Shown piece by piece: positions 30,783 through 42,797 of a DNA stretch of 64,000 bases. Each line of letters opens with the position of its first letter. The stretch's first letter is position 1. A program made the position numbers and the translations under genes. The notes under the pieces were generated by a model. The model had not been told where the DNA came from, made no database searches, and saw only the letters and a program-made list of their open reading frames with translations. Source of the stretch: an uncultured Prevotella sp. (GTDB lineage: Bacteria; Bacteroidota; Bacteroidia; Bacteroidales; Bacteroidaceae); contig CAKQPF010000001.1 in assembly GCA_934256705.1 (NCBI GenBank), positions 40,850 to 104,849 on the forward strand, given 5' to 3'.

Positions 30783-31040
30783 TTCTATAGTGAAAAGTGA
30801 AGAGTGAAAAGTGAAAAGTGAAAAATCGCGCTGACGCGGTTGGGGCTTTAAGGTAATAGGAAATAGGAAATAGGAAATAGGAAATAGGAGATTACCTTTT
30901 CTTCAAGCGAGCTACGCCCAGATGCAGTAGCTCAAGCAAACTATGGTAATGTCCTATTCCCTATTACTATTCTCTATTACCCTACCCAACCGCGTCAGCG
31001 CGATTTTCCACTCTACACTTTTCACTCTTCACTTTTGTTA
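30783..31040. repeat. Heptamer-array long imperfect hairpin with internal (AAATAGG)5 tandem repeat
   Basis: tgaaaagtgaagagtgaaaagtgaaaagtgaaaaatcgcgctgacgcggttgg...ggaaataggaaataggaaataggaaatagg...ccaaccgcgtcagcgcgattttccactctacacttttcactcttcactttt. Confidence 0.85.
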
Positions 31041-31230
31041 TTTCAGAAAAAAACACTGCAAACTGTTGCAGTTTTAATATTTTTTTGCTACTTTTGCAAA
31101 TGATAAAGCAAATTGTTTAACTATAGTACCCCACCAATAACATATACTACACGTACGTTTTGATGCTTGGGAAAAGCAGAAATTACAAGGTGGGGGACTC
31201 AAAATGTTTAACTTAATAACATCAACTATT

Positions 31231-34200
31231 ATGAAAAAGCGACACCTACACTCCAAGGGAAGCGCACAGTTTGGATGCTTCCTGGTCGGCGGTATGCTGA
31301 CGATGGGAATGCTCGGCATGGCTTTGCCACAGACAGCCTTTGCGTCTGTCAGCACTGTGCAGCAGAAAGAATCCATCTACGGAACTATCACGGATGCCAA
31401 CACCAATGAGCCTATCGTCGGCGCAAGTGTCATGATAAAAGGCACTTCCATGGGATCAGTTACTGATTTCGACGGCAAATTCAATGTCAATGTCAAGAGT
31501 TATCCGGTGACATTGGTAATCACTTATGTTGGCTATCAGAAGAAGGAAGTGAAGGTGACGAAGAGCGGAAGCATCAATATCACCATTTCAGAGGACTCAC
31601 AAATCATGGACGAAGTCATCGTGACGGGCTACGGCACGTTCAAGAAGTCTGCCTATGCTGGCTCTGCCTCCAACGTGAAGGCGGACAAGATGGCTGACGT
31701 GCCTGCCGTTTCCTTCCAGGACATGCTCCAGGGCAATGCCACAGGCGTGCAGTTCTCTGCCTCTTCAGGACAGCCTGGCGCATCCTCCAGCCTCAATATC
31801 CGAGGCATGGGCTCCATCAATGCGAGCAATTCCCCGCTCTATGTCATCGACGGCGTGCCGGTGATGAGCGGCTCCATCAATTCCATGTCGTCCGACTCCG
31901 GACTCGACATCATGTCCACCATCAACACCAGCGACATCGAGAGCATCACGGTAATCAAGGATGCTGCAGCCGCTTCGCTCTATGGTTCACGCGCTGCCAA
32001 CGGCGTTGTCATCATCACCACAAAGAAAGGTGTGCAGGGCAAGGCGAAGGTATCGCTCAAGGCAGACTGGGGTTTCTCCGACTTTGCCATGGAATATCGC
32101 CCTGTGATGAACGGCCAGCAGCGCCGTGACTACATCTACAACGGTCTCTATGCCGGACAGATACGCAAGGGCAAGAGCGCTGAAGAGGCTACGGAATATG
32201 CTGACGAGAACATCGACGACTACGCTCCTGTGCCTTGGTGCGGCTTCGTGGACTGGGATGACATCCTCTTCAAGAAGGGCAACCACCAGCAGTATGAGGC
32301 TTCTGTCTCTGGTGGCGTGGACAGATTCAAGTATTATTCTTCTCTCGCTTACCTGAAGCAGGAGGGTATCACCCACCGTTCTGGACTGGAACGTCTGAGC
32401 GGTCGCATGAACGTGGATTACCAGGCCACCGACAGGCTCAACCTCGGTGCCAACCTCCTCTTCTCCAGCGTCAATCAGGACGTTTATAGCGAAGGCTTCA
32501 CCTACACCGCACCTTTCTATTCTTCACGCAGCGCCGTGACCCCTTCCGACCCTGTATATAATGAGGACGGCACATGGAACCGCGCATTCATCCGCATCGG
32601 TGACCGAAACCCAGCGCTCGCAAATGAGTATGACACTCAGCGTGAGTATGTCACACGTACATTCAACACCATCTATGCACAGTATGAATTCGTCAAGGAC
32701 CTCAAGCTGAAATCCACCTTCAGCTATGACTATGTCACCACAAAGGGCAAAGACTGGGCTGACCCTCGCACTTCCAACGGCGAAGATGTCAATGGTGGCA
32801 TGAGCAAGAAGTTCTACGAGCGCAAGAAGATGGTATGGGGCAACCAGCTGATGTATAACAGGACATTCGCTGAGGTGCATCATTTCGACGGCCTTCTGGG
32901 CTATGAAATCGATGATACTTACCGCGATTACCTCTCCGGCTACGCCACCAATTTCGCTACTCCTGACAGGAATGACATCGCCAACGGCAAGAAGAAGGAG
33001 TCTGTAGGCGGTGCAAGCAGCCGTACAAGGATGGTGTCCTACATCGGTCGATTGAACTATGACTTCGACAACAAGTATTTCCTCGGTGCCAGCTATCGCG
33101 TCGATGGCAGTTCACGCCTTGAGCGTTCCCATCGCTGGGGCAATTTCTGGTCAGTGTCAGGCGCTTGGCGCATGATCGAGGAAGACTTCATGAAGCCTGC
33201 TTCTTCATGGCTTACAGACCTCAAGCTACGCGCTTCCTACGGTGTCAACGGCACACTGCCGTCTGATTATTTCGGCTATATGGCGCTCAGCAGCCTCAGT
33301 GCGGCATACAATGAACAGCCTGCCATCGTCATCTCACAGCTCGCCAACGCCAACCTGAAGTGGGAGACCAACTACAATCTCAACATCGGTCTCGACTTCG
33401 CACTCTTCGACCGCGTGAACGTCACATTCGAGTATTACCTCCGCAACACCAAGAACCTCCTCATGGACAGCCCGGTATCAATGACCACAGGCTTCAGTTC
33501 TTACCTCATGAATGTGGGACAGCTCAGAAACCAGGGCTTTGAAATCGAAATCAGGTCATCCAACATCAAGACAAAGGACTTCGACTGGAAGACCACTTTC
33601 AACCTCTCACACAACAAGAACAAGGTGGTGAAGCTCGACGGTGACCAGACTCAGATTATCAGCGGAACGCAGATCCGCAAGATAGGTCACCCTTACCGCA
33701 CATTCTACATGATAGAATTTGCCGGCATCAACCCTGAGAACGGCAACCCTCAGTTCTACACCAACGACCTGCTTGAGGACGGAACCTACAGCAAGGAAAT
33801 CACCGAAAAGGCTTCTGAAGCCAAGGCTATCATGCTCGATAAGCACGCTGAGCCGGCTGTCAACGGAGGTCTCTACAACAGCATACGCTACAAGTGGTTC
33901 GACCTCGGTTTCCTCTTCAACTACCAGTTTGGCGGCTATGCCTACGACACTTGGGCACAGAAGACCGAGCATGGCGGCTATGACCTGGAGGCAAACATCC
34001 CTACCTACTATGCAGACAGCTGGAAGAATCCTGGCGACCAGACCAAGTATGAGCAGTTCTATGAGAAGAGCTCAAGCGTCGCTATGCACAAGATCACCAA
34101 CAGCCGCCGTCTCCACAGCACTGACTATATCCGCCTCAAGACCATCACCTTCGGCGTTTCCCTGCCTAAGCAGTGGCTCGCTCCTGTGGGATTGACTAAT

Positions 34201-34344
34201 GCACGCCTCTATATGTCTGCCAACAACCTCTGGACATGGGCGGCATGGGACTACTATGACCCGGAGTCAGTGGTCAATGGCAGTGCCACACAGACCACTC
34301 CTCCGCTCAAGACCGTGACCTTCGGCGTAAACATTAACTTCTAA
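31231..34344 (+). CDS. SusC/RagA-family TonB-dependent outer-membrane transporter
   Basis: Signal peptide, CarboxypepD_reg-like N-terminal domain (GTITDANTNEPIVGASV), TonB plug, and a 22-strand barrel ending in the terminal F. Start chosen at MKKRHL. Confidence 0.9.
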   Translation: MKKRHLHSKGSAQFGCFLVGGMLTMGMLGMALPQTAFASVSTVQQKESIYGTITDANTNEPIVGASVMIKGTSMGSVTDFDGKFNVNVKSYPVTLVITYVGYQKKEVKVTKSGSINITISEDSQIMDEVIVTGYGTFKKSAYAGSASNVKADKMADVPAVSFQDMLQGNATGVQFSASSGQPGASSSLNIRGMGSINASNSPLYVIDGVPVMSGSINSMSSDSGLDIMSTINTSDIESITVIKDAAAASLYGSRAANGVVIITTKKGVQGKAKVSLKADWGFSDFAMEYRPVMNGQQRRDYIYNGLYAGQIRKGKSAEEATEYADENIDDYAPVPWCGFVDWDDILFKKGNHQQYEASVSGGVDRFKYYSSLAYLKQEGITHRSGLERLSGRMNVDYQATDRLNLGANLLFSSVNQDVYSEGFTYTAPFYSSRSAVTPSDPVYNEDGTWNRAFIRIGDRNPALANEYDTQREYVTRTFNTIYAQYEFVKDLKLKSTFSYDYVTTKGKDWADPRTSNGEDVNGGMSKKFYERKKMVWGNQLMYNRTFAEVHHFDGLLGYEIDDTYRDYLSGYATNFATPDRNDIANGKKKESVGGASSRTRMVSYIGRLNYDFDNKYFLGASYRVDGSSRLERSHRWGNFWSVSGAWRMIEEDFMKPASSWLTDLKLRASYGVNGTLPSDYFGYMALSSLSAAYNEQPAIVISQLANANLKWETNYNLNIGLDFALFDRVNVTFEYYLRNTKNLLMDSPVSMTTGFSSYLMNVGQLRNQGFEIEIRSSNIKTKDFDWKTTFNLSHNKNKVVKLDGDQTQIISGTQIRKIGHPYRTFYMIEFAGINPENGNPQFYTNDLLEDGTYSKEITEKASEAKAIMLDKHAEPAVNGGLYNSIRYKWFDLGFLFNYQFGGYAYDTWAQKTEHGGYDLEANIPTYYADSWKNPGDQTKYEQFYEKSSSVAMHKITNSRRLHSTDYIRLKTITFGVSLPKQWLAPVGLTNARLYMSANNLWTWAAWDYYDPESVVNGSATQTTPPLKTVTFGVNINF

Positions 34345-34356
34345 AACCCTTGTACT

Positions 34357-35850
34357 ATGAAAAAGATTTTTCAATATATAATGATTGGAGCCATGGCTGC
34401 GGGCTTCTCTTCCTGCGGCAATGACTGGCTCGACCTGGAGCCTTCCACCGACGTGGAGACCAACGTAAAGACGATTTCCGACGTGGAATTCACCCTCAAC
34501 GGAATCTACAGCACCATGCAGAGCTCTGACGCTTACTCCGGACGACTCGTCTATTACGGCGACGTCACAGCCGATGACATACAGGCTGTCAGCTCCACCA
34601 AGCGCACGGCGAACGCTTATCTCTATGGTTTCACCAAGACAAACGCTCCGGCTTCATATTGGAGAATACCGTATGAGATAATACAGAACTGCAACGTCAT
34701 ACTCAAGAACATTGATGGTATCCAGGTCACTGACAAGCAGAAGGATGCACTCAATGACCTCAAAGGCCAGACGCTCGCCATCCGTGGCTTGGCCCTCTTC
34801 GACCTCACTAAGCTCTTCGGCTATCCTTACACTATGGACAACGGCGCTTCCCTGGGCGCTTGCATCGTCACTGACGTGCTCGAAAAGGACGCTATGCCTC
34901 AGCGCAGCACGGTGGCTCAATGCTATGACCAGATTCTGAAAGACCTCGAAGAGAGTGTCAAACTGCTCGGAAAGGAGTTTAATAAGGGCAAGATTAACAG
35001 ATGGGCTGCGCTCACTCTGCTCAGCCGCGTGTATCTCTATCACGGCGATGACGCCAAAGCGCTCACTGCTGCCAAGGAGGCTATCGAGGGAGCTGAGAAG
35101 AATGGCTACGCACTCTGGACCAATGAGGAATATCCTGCCGCATGGGCAAACGATGCAAGCAAGCAGAAGCCGGGCGAAGTGCTCTTTGAAATAGTCAATC
35201 TCACCACCGATTCTCCAGGCAAGGAGAGCCTCGGATACCTCTATGCCCCCGGTGGTTACGCTGACGGATGCGTCACAGCGTCTTTCTATAACCTGATGCT
35301 AAAGGATGCCAAGGACGTGCGCCTCAAGATTATCAATGTCGCTACCAAGGACAAGTACTCCTCTTCTTCCATCTATGGCAGGGCTTTCGTCAATAAGTTC
35401 CAACCTCAGCAGGGCGAGAACCTTACCGATGCCAATATCCCGCTCATCCGTCTCTCCGAGGCTTATCTCAATGCCGCAGAGGCTGCTGCCAAGCTTACCA
35501 CTGCTGGCGACGACCATAATGCAGAGGCTGCACTGTATCTCGATGCCATCGTAAATCGTGCTAACCCTGACAAGCACGTCGTTGCTGACAATCAGATTAC
35601 CCTAAAGCAGGTGCTCGAAGAGCGTCGTAAGGAGCTCGTAGGCGAAGGTCATCGTATGTTCGACCTTCTCAGAAATGGTATGAAGGTAAAGCGTATCAAG
35701 GAAAGCAACAAGCAGTTGAGCAAGACTAAGCACACCTGCTCTGACGAGTATATGACCATAGGGCTCGACAATTACAAGATTGTGCTCCCTATTCCGCAGT
35801 ATGAACGCAACGTCAGCCATATCCCTAACAACCCTGGTTACGGTGAATAA
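34357..35850 (+). CDS. SusD/RagB-family nutrient-binding outer-membrane lipoprotein
   Basis: Lipoprotein signal (AAGFSSC). TPR-like SusD fold length. Immediately follows susC. Confidence 0.88.
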   Translation: MKKIFQYIMIGAMAAGFSSCGNDWLDLEPSTDVETNVKTISDVEFTLNGIYSTMQSSDAYSGRLVYYGDVTADDIQAVSSTKRTANAYLYGFTKTNAPASYWRIPYEIIQNCNVILKNIDGIQVTDKQKDALNDLKGQTLAIRGLALFDLTKLFGYPYTMDNGASLGACIVTDVLEKDAMPQRSTVAQCYDQILKDLEESVKLLGKEFNKGKINRWAALTLLSRVYLYHGDDAKALTAAKEAIEGAEKNGYALWTNEEYPAAWANDASKQKPGEVLFEIVNLTTDSPGKESLGYLYAPGGYADGCVTASFYNLMLKDAKDVRLKIINVATKDKYSSSSIYGRAFVNKFQPQQGENLTDANIPLIRLSEAYLNAAEAAAKLTTAGDDHNAEAALYLDAIVNRANPDKHVVADNQITLKQVLEERRKELVGEGHRMFDLLRNGMKVKRIKESNKQLSKTKHTCSDEYMTIGLDNYKIVLPIPQYERNVSHIPNNPGYGE

Positions 35851-35862
35851 TTATCATAAAGA

Positions 35863-36996
35863 ATGCTTAAAAATAAATTTTCCTACATCCTAATGGTGAT
35901 GCTGACATTGTTCAGCATCACCGTTTCTGCCAAGAAAGGCAACGATAAAGACCAACGCCTATCATGCGACGGCCCGTATGTAATCTATCAGCCTGACGGC
36001 AAAGTGAGAGTAATCAGCGTGACTGTGAAGGGCGAAATCAAGGACACCACATACAATTCTCTCCCTAATAATTTCACTCTCCATGTCACTGACCATGAGG
36101 GGAAATACCCATTCGACGTGCAGCTCCACCCCATCAAGCGACAGCCGGCTATACAGAATCCTGCCAAGAAGACCTTTATCATGTCCGACCCGCACGGCAG
36201 GCTCAATCTCGTAGTCAATCTCCTACAGGCTAATGGTATCATCGACAATCAGCTACACTGGACCTTCGGAGACAATCAGCTCGTCATCATCGGTGATGTC
36301 TTCGACAGAGGATATGACGTGCCACAGATATTCTGGCTTCTTTACAAACTCGAAGCAGAGGCCGCAACGCATGGAGGACGCGTCACTACGATGCTCGGAA
36401 ACCATGAACCGATGGCTCTCGCCGGAGATATGCGCTACGCCATGCCGAAATACAAGATGCTGGCTGACTCGCTCGGCATATCCTATCGGCATCTATTTGG
36501 CAAGGACACCGAACTGGGCAGGTGGATCGGTTCGCTCAATGCCATTCAGGTGATTGGCAGGAATATGTATGTCCACGCTGGTATAAGCAAGGAATTCTAC
36601 GACCGCGACCTCTCAATCCCTACCGTCAACTATGCCATCAGCGAGGTGCTGTTCATGAAGAGCAAGGAGAGAAAGAAGCATTCGGAATTCTCCAAGTTCC
36701 TCTATGGCAACCGTGGTCCTATCTGGTATCGTGGTATGGTCTTAAAGAGCAAGAAATGGTCACATCTCCCAAGCGACTCTCTCGACATGATTCTCAATCG
36801 CTATAACGTCGATCGCATCTTCGTGGGCCACACCATCTTCCGCGACATCAAGCGATTCTATCAGGGCAGGGTCATCGCCGTCAATGTCGATAACCTCAAG
36901 AACTACAACCACAAGCGTGGCAGAGCTGTCCTCATCGACGACGACCGCATCTTCGTGGTAGGCGACAAAGGCATCAAAAGGGAGATAAAGAAATAA
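35863..36996 (+). CDS. Secreted calcineurin-like metallophosphoesterase
   Basis: Signal peptide. Phosphoesterase motifs SDPHG, GDVFDRG and GNHE. Confidence 0.8.
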   Translation: MLKNKFSYILMVMLTLFSITVSAKKGNDKDQRLSCDGPYVIYQPDGKVRVISVTVKGEIKDTTYNSLPNNFTLHVTDHEGKYPFDVQLHPIKRQPAIQNPAKKTFIMSDPHGRLNLVVNLLQANGIIDNQLHWTFGDNQLVIIGDVFDRGYDVPQIFWLLYKLEAEAATHGGRVTTMLGNHEPMALAGDMRYAMPKYKMLADSLGISYRHLFGKDTELGRWIGSLNAIQVIGRNMYVHAGISKEFYDRDLSIPTVNYAISEVLFMKSKERKKHSEFSKFLYGNRGPIWYRGMVLKSKKWSHLPSDSLDMILNRYNVDRIFVGHTIFRDIKRFYQGRVIAVNVDNLKNYNHKRGRAVLIDDDRIFVVGDKGIKREIKK

Positions 36997-37001
36997 GGGA
37001 A

Positions 37002-37035
37002 GCCACCACTGTGTCCGCCGCGTTACCGGCTGATA
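37002..37035 (+). repeat. 31-nt GC-hairpin element (GCCACYGTGTCCGCCGCGTTACCGGCGGATA family)
   Basis: Stem tccgccg/cggcgga with a 6-nt loop, 6 nt after the stop of the preceding gene. Copies also at 38335, 39384, 40229, 42735, 44003, 44696, 46640, 55244, 62118 and 62574 (+ orientation) and at 4239, 4594 and 7116 (- orientation). Confidence 0.85.
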
Positions 37036-37099
37036 AATAAAAAAAATCCCCCCATTTATTTGCATATAATAAAGGAAATGAGTACTTTTGCATCGTCGA

Positions 37100-37180
37100 A
37101 CATCAAAAGGGTGCCTCAATGTGAGGCTGAGATCATACCTTCATACCTGATGCAGGTAATACTGCCGGAGGGATTGAGTC
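37100..37180 (+). promoter_or_regulatory. TPP (THI-box) riboswitch aptamer
   Basis: GGGTGC...GCTGAGA...ACC...ACCTGAT..GGTAATAC.GCCGGAGGGA matches the THI-element core motifs. It lies ~140 nt upstream of thiD. Confidence 0.8.
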
Positions 37181-37221
37181 GGTGATTTTTCAAGCAAAAA
37201 AGCAAACAATAAGATAATCAA

Positions 37222-37256
37222 GGTCATGATGTTCCAGTCATGGCCTTTTTTTGTTT
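37222..37256 (+). terminator. Stem-loop plus T-tract (candidate riboswitch expression-platform terminator)
   Basis: aaggtcatgatgttccagtcatggccttttttt, an imperfect stem followed by T7. Confidence 0.5.
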
Positions 37257-37314
37257 CCACACATTGAAGGCGCTCTAATGTCGATAACATATCGTTTTTC
37301 CAACATAAGAGCTT

Positions 37315-38118
37315 ATGAAACGTTACAATACCGTGCTGACCATAGCCGGAAGCGACTGCTCCGGCGGAGCGGGAATACAGGCTGACATCAAGTCCATCTC
37401 CGCCCTCGGAGGCTACGCCGCAAGTGCCATCACGGCAGTTACGGTGCAGAATACCGTCGGTGTCACAGCCGTTCATCCCGTCCCTGCCGACATAGTGGAA
37501 GGTCAGATAAGGGCTGTCCTCGACGACATCGGAGCGAAAGCCATCAAGATCGGAATGCTGCAGTCAGCAGAAATAGTCCTTCTCATAGCCCGCCTCATCA
37601 GGGAATACGGCATCAGGAATGTAGTCCTCGACCCGGTCATGGTCTCCACAAGCGGACACCGCCTCATTGAGGAAAGCGCCATCTCCGCCCTCCAGACCGA
37701 ACTCATACCCCTGACCCGAGTCATCACCCCGAACATTCCCGAAGCCGAAATACTCCTCGACGGCAACGCCATCACCCTCCAGAAGGATATGCCACAAGCT
37801 GTCAAAGCATTGTCACAACGCTATCACACCTCAGTCCTCCTCAAGGCAGGACACCTCACCGAGGATAACCTCGTCGATTATTTCTACGATGCCGAGCAGG
37901 ACGAACTCACCCTTCTCCCTTCCGTCCGTGTTCACACCCGCAACACCCACGGCACCGGCTGCACCATGTCCTCCGCCTTCGCCACCCTATTGGCTAAAGG
38001 CGACACACTCCAGCAAGCCGCAAAGGGAGCAAAGGACTACATTTCCCGAGCCATCATCGCCGGCGCAGATTACGACATAGGCAAAGGCCACGGCCCCGTC
38101 AACCACTTCTTCCAGTAG
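37315..38118 (+). CDS. thiD: Hydroxymethylpyrimidine/phosphomethylpyrimidine kinase
   Basis: LTIAGSDCSGGAGIQADIK N-terminus, 267 aa. Confidence 0.92.
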   Translation: MKRYNTVLTIAGSDCSGGAGIQADIKSISALGGYAASAITAVTVQNTVGVTAVHPVPADIVEGQIRAVLDDIGAKAIKIGMLQSAEIVLLIARLIREYGIRNVVLDPVMVSTSGHRLIEESAISALQTELIPLTRVITPNIPEAEILLDGNAITLQKDMPQAVKALSQRYHTSVLLKAGHLTEDNLVDYFYDAEQDELTLLPSVRVHTRNTHGTGCTMSSAFATLLAKGDTLQQAAKGAKDYISRAIIAGADYDIGKGHGPVNHFFQ

Positions 38119-38119
38119 C

Positions 38120-38370
38120 CCCATTTTTCCGCCCCGGGCAATAGCATAGATATTGCATTGCAAAAGCATAGATATTACCACACAATAGCATAGCTTTTAC
38201 CCCGCAATATCTATGCTATTACAGCCCACACCGCGTCAGCCGCGTTACCGCCCGATTATCGCAAGAAGCCACCACCGCGTCAGCGCGATTTTTCACTCTT
38301 CACTCTTCACTTTTCACTTTTCACTAAAGAAACAGCCACCGTGTCCGCCGCGTTACCGGCGGATATAAAA
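38120..38370. repeat. Intergenic repeat module between thiD and thiS (aatagcatag palindrome + GC hairpins + heptamer hairpin)
   Basis: See the sequence at 38125-38367. All three repeat families are concatenated here. Confidence 0.8.
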
Positions 38371-38382
38371 AAATCCCCAAAT

Positions 38383-38580
38383 ATGAAAATCCAAATCAAC
38401 AACACCCCCCAAGAGACCCAATCCACCACCCTCTCTGCCCTCATCTCCGAAGCAGGCCTTCCAGAGAAAGGCATAGCGGCAGCCATCGACAACAAGATGA
38501 TTCCACGCACTGAATGGGCCTCTACCCCACTCCACGAAGGAGCCAACATAGTAATCATCAAAGCCGCCTGCGGCGGATAA
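38383..38580 (+). CDS. thiS: Sulfur-carrier protein ThiS
   Basis: 66 aa ending in GG (…IIKAACGG). Confidence 0.85.
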   Translation: MKIQINNTPQETQSTTLSALISEAGLPEKGIAAAIDNKMIPRTEWASTPLHEGANIVIIKAACGG

Positions 38581-38602
38581 AGCATCCCGACGACAACGCA
38601 AG

Positions 38603-39220
38603 ATGATACAGTTCATTTCTCATTTCAATGATAAGTACTCTTATCTCGACAGCATCAGAATAGCTCTCGAAGGCGGTTGCAAGTGGGTGCAACTGAGGAT
38701 GAAGGATGCCTCCGAAGAGGAATTTCTCTGCAATGCCCACGAAGCCAGGAGGCTGTGCGACCGATACCAAGCCACGTTCATCATCGACGACCATGTCGAA
38801 CTCGTCCGTGAGTGTGGCGCCGATGGTGTTCATCTCGGTAAGAACGATATGCCAATAGCCGAAGCCAGACGCCTTCTCGGCAATGACTTCATCATCGGTG
38901 GCACGGCAAACACGTTCGAAGATGTCCTCCATCACTATCATTCCTCAGCCAATTACATCGGTTGCGGTCCGTTCCGTTTCACCACCACGAAGAAGGGACT
39001 CTCCCCTATCCTCGGGCTTGAAGGCTACCGCGACATCGTCACCAGAATGAAGGCTGAGGACATCGACATCCCCGTCGTAGCCATAGGAGGCATCACCGCC
39101 GCCGACATCCCCTCCATCATCGCGACCGGCATCAACGGCATAGCCCTCTCCGGTACCGTCCTCAACGCCCCCGACCCCGTCCAGGAGATGAAAAGAATAA
39201 TAATAATTCATAATGCATAA
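38603..39220 (+). CDS. thiE: Thiamine-phosphate synthase
   Basis: 205 aa TIM barrel with VQLR, DDHVELV and GADGVHLG motifs. Confidence 0.88.
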   Translation: MIQFISHFNDKYSYLDSIRIALEGGCKWVQLRMKDASEEEFLCNAHEARRLCDRYQATFIIDDHVELVRECGADGVHLGKNDMPIAEARRLLGNDFIIGGTANTFEDVLHHYHSSANYIGCGPFRFTTTKKGLSPILGLEGYRDIVTRMKAEDIDIPVVAIGGITAADIPSIIATGINGIALSGTVLNAPDPVQEMKRIIIIHNA

Positions 39221-39372
39221 TTCATAATGCATAATTCATAATGCATAATTCATAATGCATAATGCATAATTCATAATTCATAATGCATAATGCATAATGC
39301 ATAATTGCCCCGCCGCGTCAGCGCGATTTTTCACTTTTCACTTTTCACTCTTCACTTTTCACTTTTCACTAA
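39196..39372. repeat. cataattcataatgc array fused to heptamer hairpin, between thiE and thiG
   Basis: taataattcataatgcataattcataatgc... followed by gcgatttttcacttttcacttttcactcttcac. Confidence 0.85.
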
Positions 39373-39456
39373 AGCAAAGAAGAGCCACCGTGTCCGCCGC
39401 GTCACCGGCGGATATAACCAAGAAACAACAATAACAAAAATAAATAAACAAAAGCA

Positions 39457-40227
39457 ATGAAAAAACTAACAATCGCAGGAAGAGAGTTCAATTCCCGTCT
39501 CTTCTTAGGCACAGGTAAGTTCAACAACAACGCCCTCATGGCTGAAGCTATCAAGGCTTCACAGACCGAGATGGTCACAGTAGCAATGAAGCGCATCGAG
39601 CTCAACGACGCCCACGACGACCTCCTCACCCACATCACGCAGAACCCTGACATCCAGCTTCTCCCTAACACCAGCGGTGTGCGCAACGCCGAGGAAGCCG
39701 TCTTCGCCGCTCAGATGGCACGTGAGGCTTTCGGCACCAACTGGCTCAAGCTCGAGATTCATCCTGACCCACGCTATCTCCTCCCTGACTCCATCGAGAC
39801 ACTGAAGGCTACAGAGGAGCTCGTAAAGCTCGGTTTCGTGGTTCTCCCTTACTGCCAGGCTGACCCTACCCTCTGCAAGCACCTCGAAGAAGCTGGCGCT
39901 GCCACAGTCATGCCGCTTGCCGCTCCTATAGGCACCAACAAGGGACTCCGCATGAAGGACTTCCTCCAGATCATCATCGAGCAAGCCACAGTCCCTGTAG
40001 TCGTTGACGCTGGTATCGGTGCGCCAAGCCACGCTGCCGAAGCAATGGAGATGGGTGCCGACTGCTGCCTTGTCAACACTGCCATTGCCGTAGCCGGCGA
40101 CCCTGTCCAGATGGCGGATGCCTTCCGTCAGGCTGTCATCGCCGGTCGTCAGGCATACGAAGCTGGTCTCGGTGCCGTAGCCGACTGCGCTGAAGCAAGC
40201 AGCCCTCTCACCGCTTTCCTCAACTAA
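39457..40227 (+). CDS. thiG: Thiazole synthase
   Basis: [23 protein letters not shown]-terminus, 256 aa. Confidence 0.93.
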   Translation: MKKLTIAGREFNSRLFLGTGKFNNNALMAEAIKASQTEMVTVAMKRIELNDAHDDLLTHITQNPDIQLLPNTSGVRNAEEAVFAAQMAREAFGTNWLKLEIHPDPRYLLPDSIETLKATEELVKLGFVVLPYCQADPTLCKHLEEAGAATVMPLAAPIGTNKGLRMKDFLQIIIEQATVPVVVDAGIGAPSHAAEAMEMGADCCLVNTAIAVAGDPVQMADAFRQAVIAGRQAYEAGLGAVADCAEASSPLTAFLN

Positions 40228-40275
40228 AGCCCCTGTGTCCGCCGCATCACCGGCGGATAATAAGAATAATAATAA

Positions 40276-42029
<1,754 letters not shown>

Positions 42030-42030
<1 letters not shown>

Positions 42031-42722
42031 TGGACAACAGATACGACAGGCAAATCCTTCTGCCTGAAATAGGTGCAGAAGGACAACGCAAACTGTCCCA
42101 AGCCAAAGTACTGATAGTGGGCGCGGGGGGATTAGGCTCTCCCATTGCCCTCTATCTGGCTGGCGCTGGAGTAGGCGTCATAGGACTCATGGATGATGAC
42201 AAAGTCAGCGTAAGCAATCTCCATAGGCAGGTGCTCTACGATGAAACGCAAGTCGATATGCCTAAAGCCGAATGCGCTAAGCAAAGACTCAATGCGCTCA
42301 ATTCCGACATCATCATCAATGCCTACCCTCATCGCCTGACCAAGGACAACGCAAGCACGATAATATCACAATATGACATCGTAGTGGATGCCACCGACAA
42401 TTTCGCCACTCGCTTCATTATCAGCGACGTATGCCAAGCCCTCGGTAAGCCATACGTCTATGGAGCTATATGTGGACTCGACGGTCAGGTAGCCGTTTTG
42501 TGCAAAGGAAAAGCCACTTACCGCACGCTCTTCCCTGACGAGCAGGAGACCATCTCCATGCCTCATCCTGGCAAGCAAGTGACGGGAGTGACACCAGGCA
42601 TTGTGGGCACAGTCGAAGCACTGCAAGTCCTACAGCTCATCTGCGGTTTCGGCACGCCCCTCATCGACCGCCTTTGGACTATAGACCTCAGCACCCTACA
42701 GACCTTCACAGTGGAAATATAG
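42030..42722 (+). CDS. thiF: ThiS adenylyltransferase (ThiF/MoeB/HesA family E1-like)
   Basis: RQILLPEIG...VLIVGAGGLGSPIALYLAGAGVG Rossmann motif. The start overlaps the thiC stop. Confidence 0.85.
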
Positions 42723-42797
42723 TGAGAAAAGAAGAGCCACTGTGTCAGCCACGTTACCGGCTGATATAAAAAAACAAAAAAAATAACCACAACAAAT

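Noticed and set aside
24978-31040. Heptamer arrays (GTGAAAA/GTGAAGA) as possible CRISPR arrays
   Set aside because: The period is 7 nt with no unique spacers. The arrays are arranged as reverse-complement arms of a hairpin rather than direct repeats separated by spacers. No cas genes are nearby.
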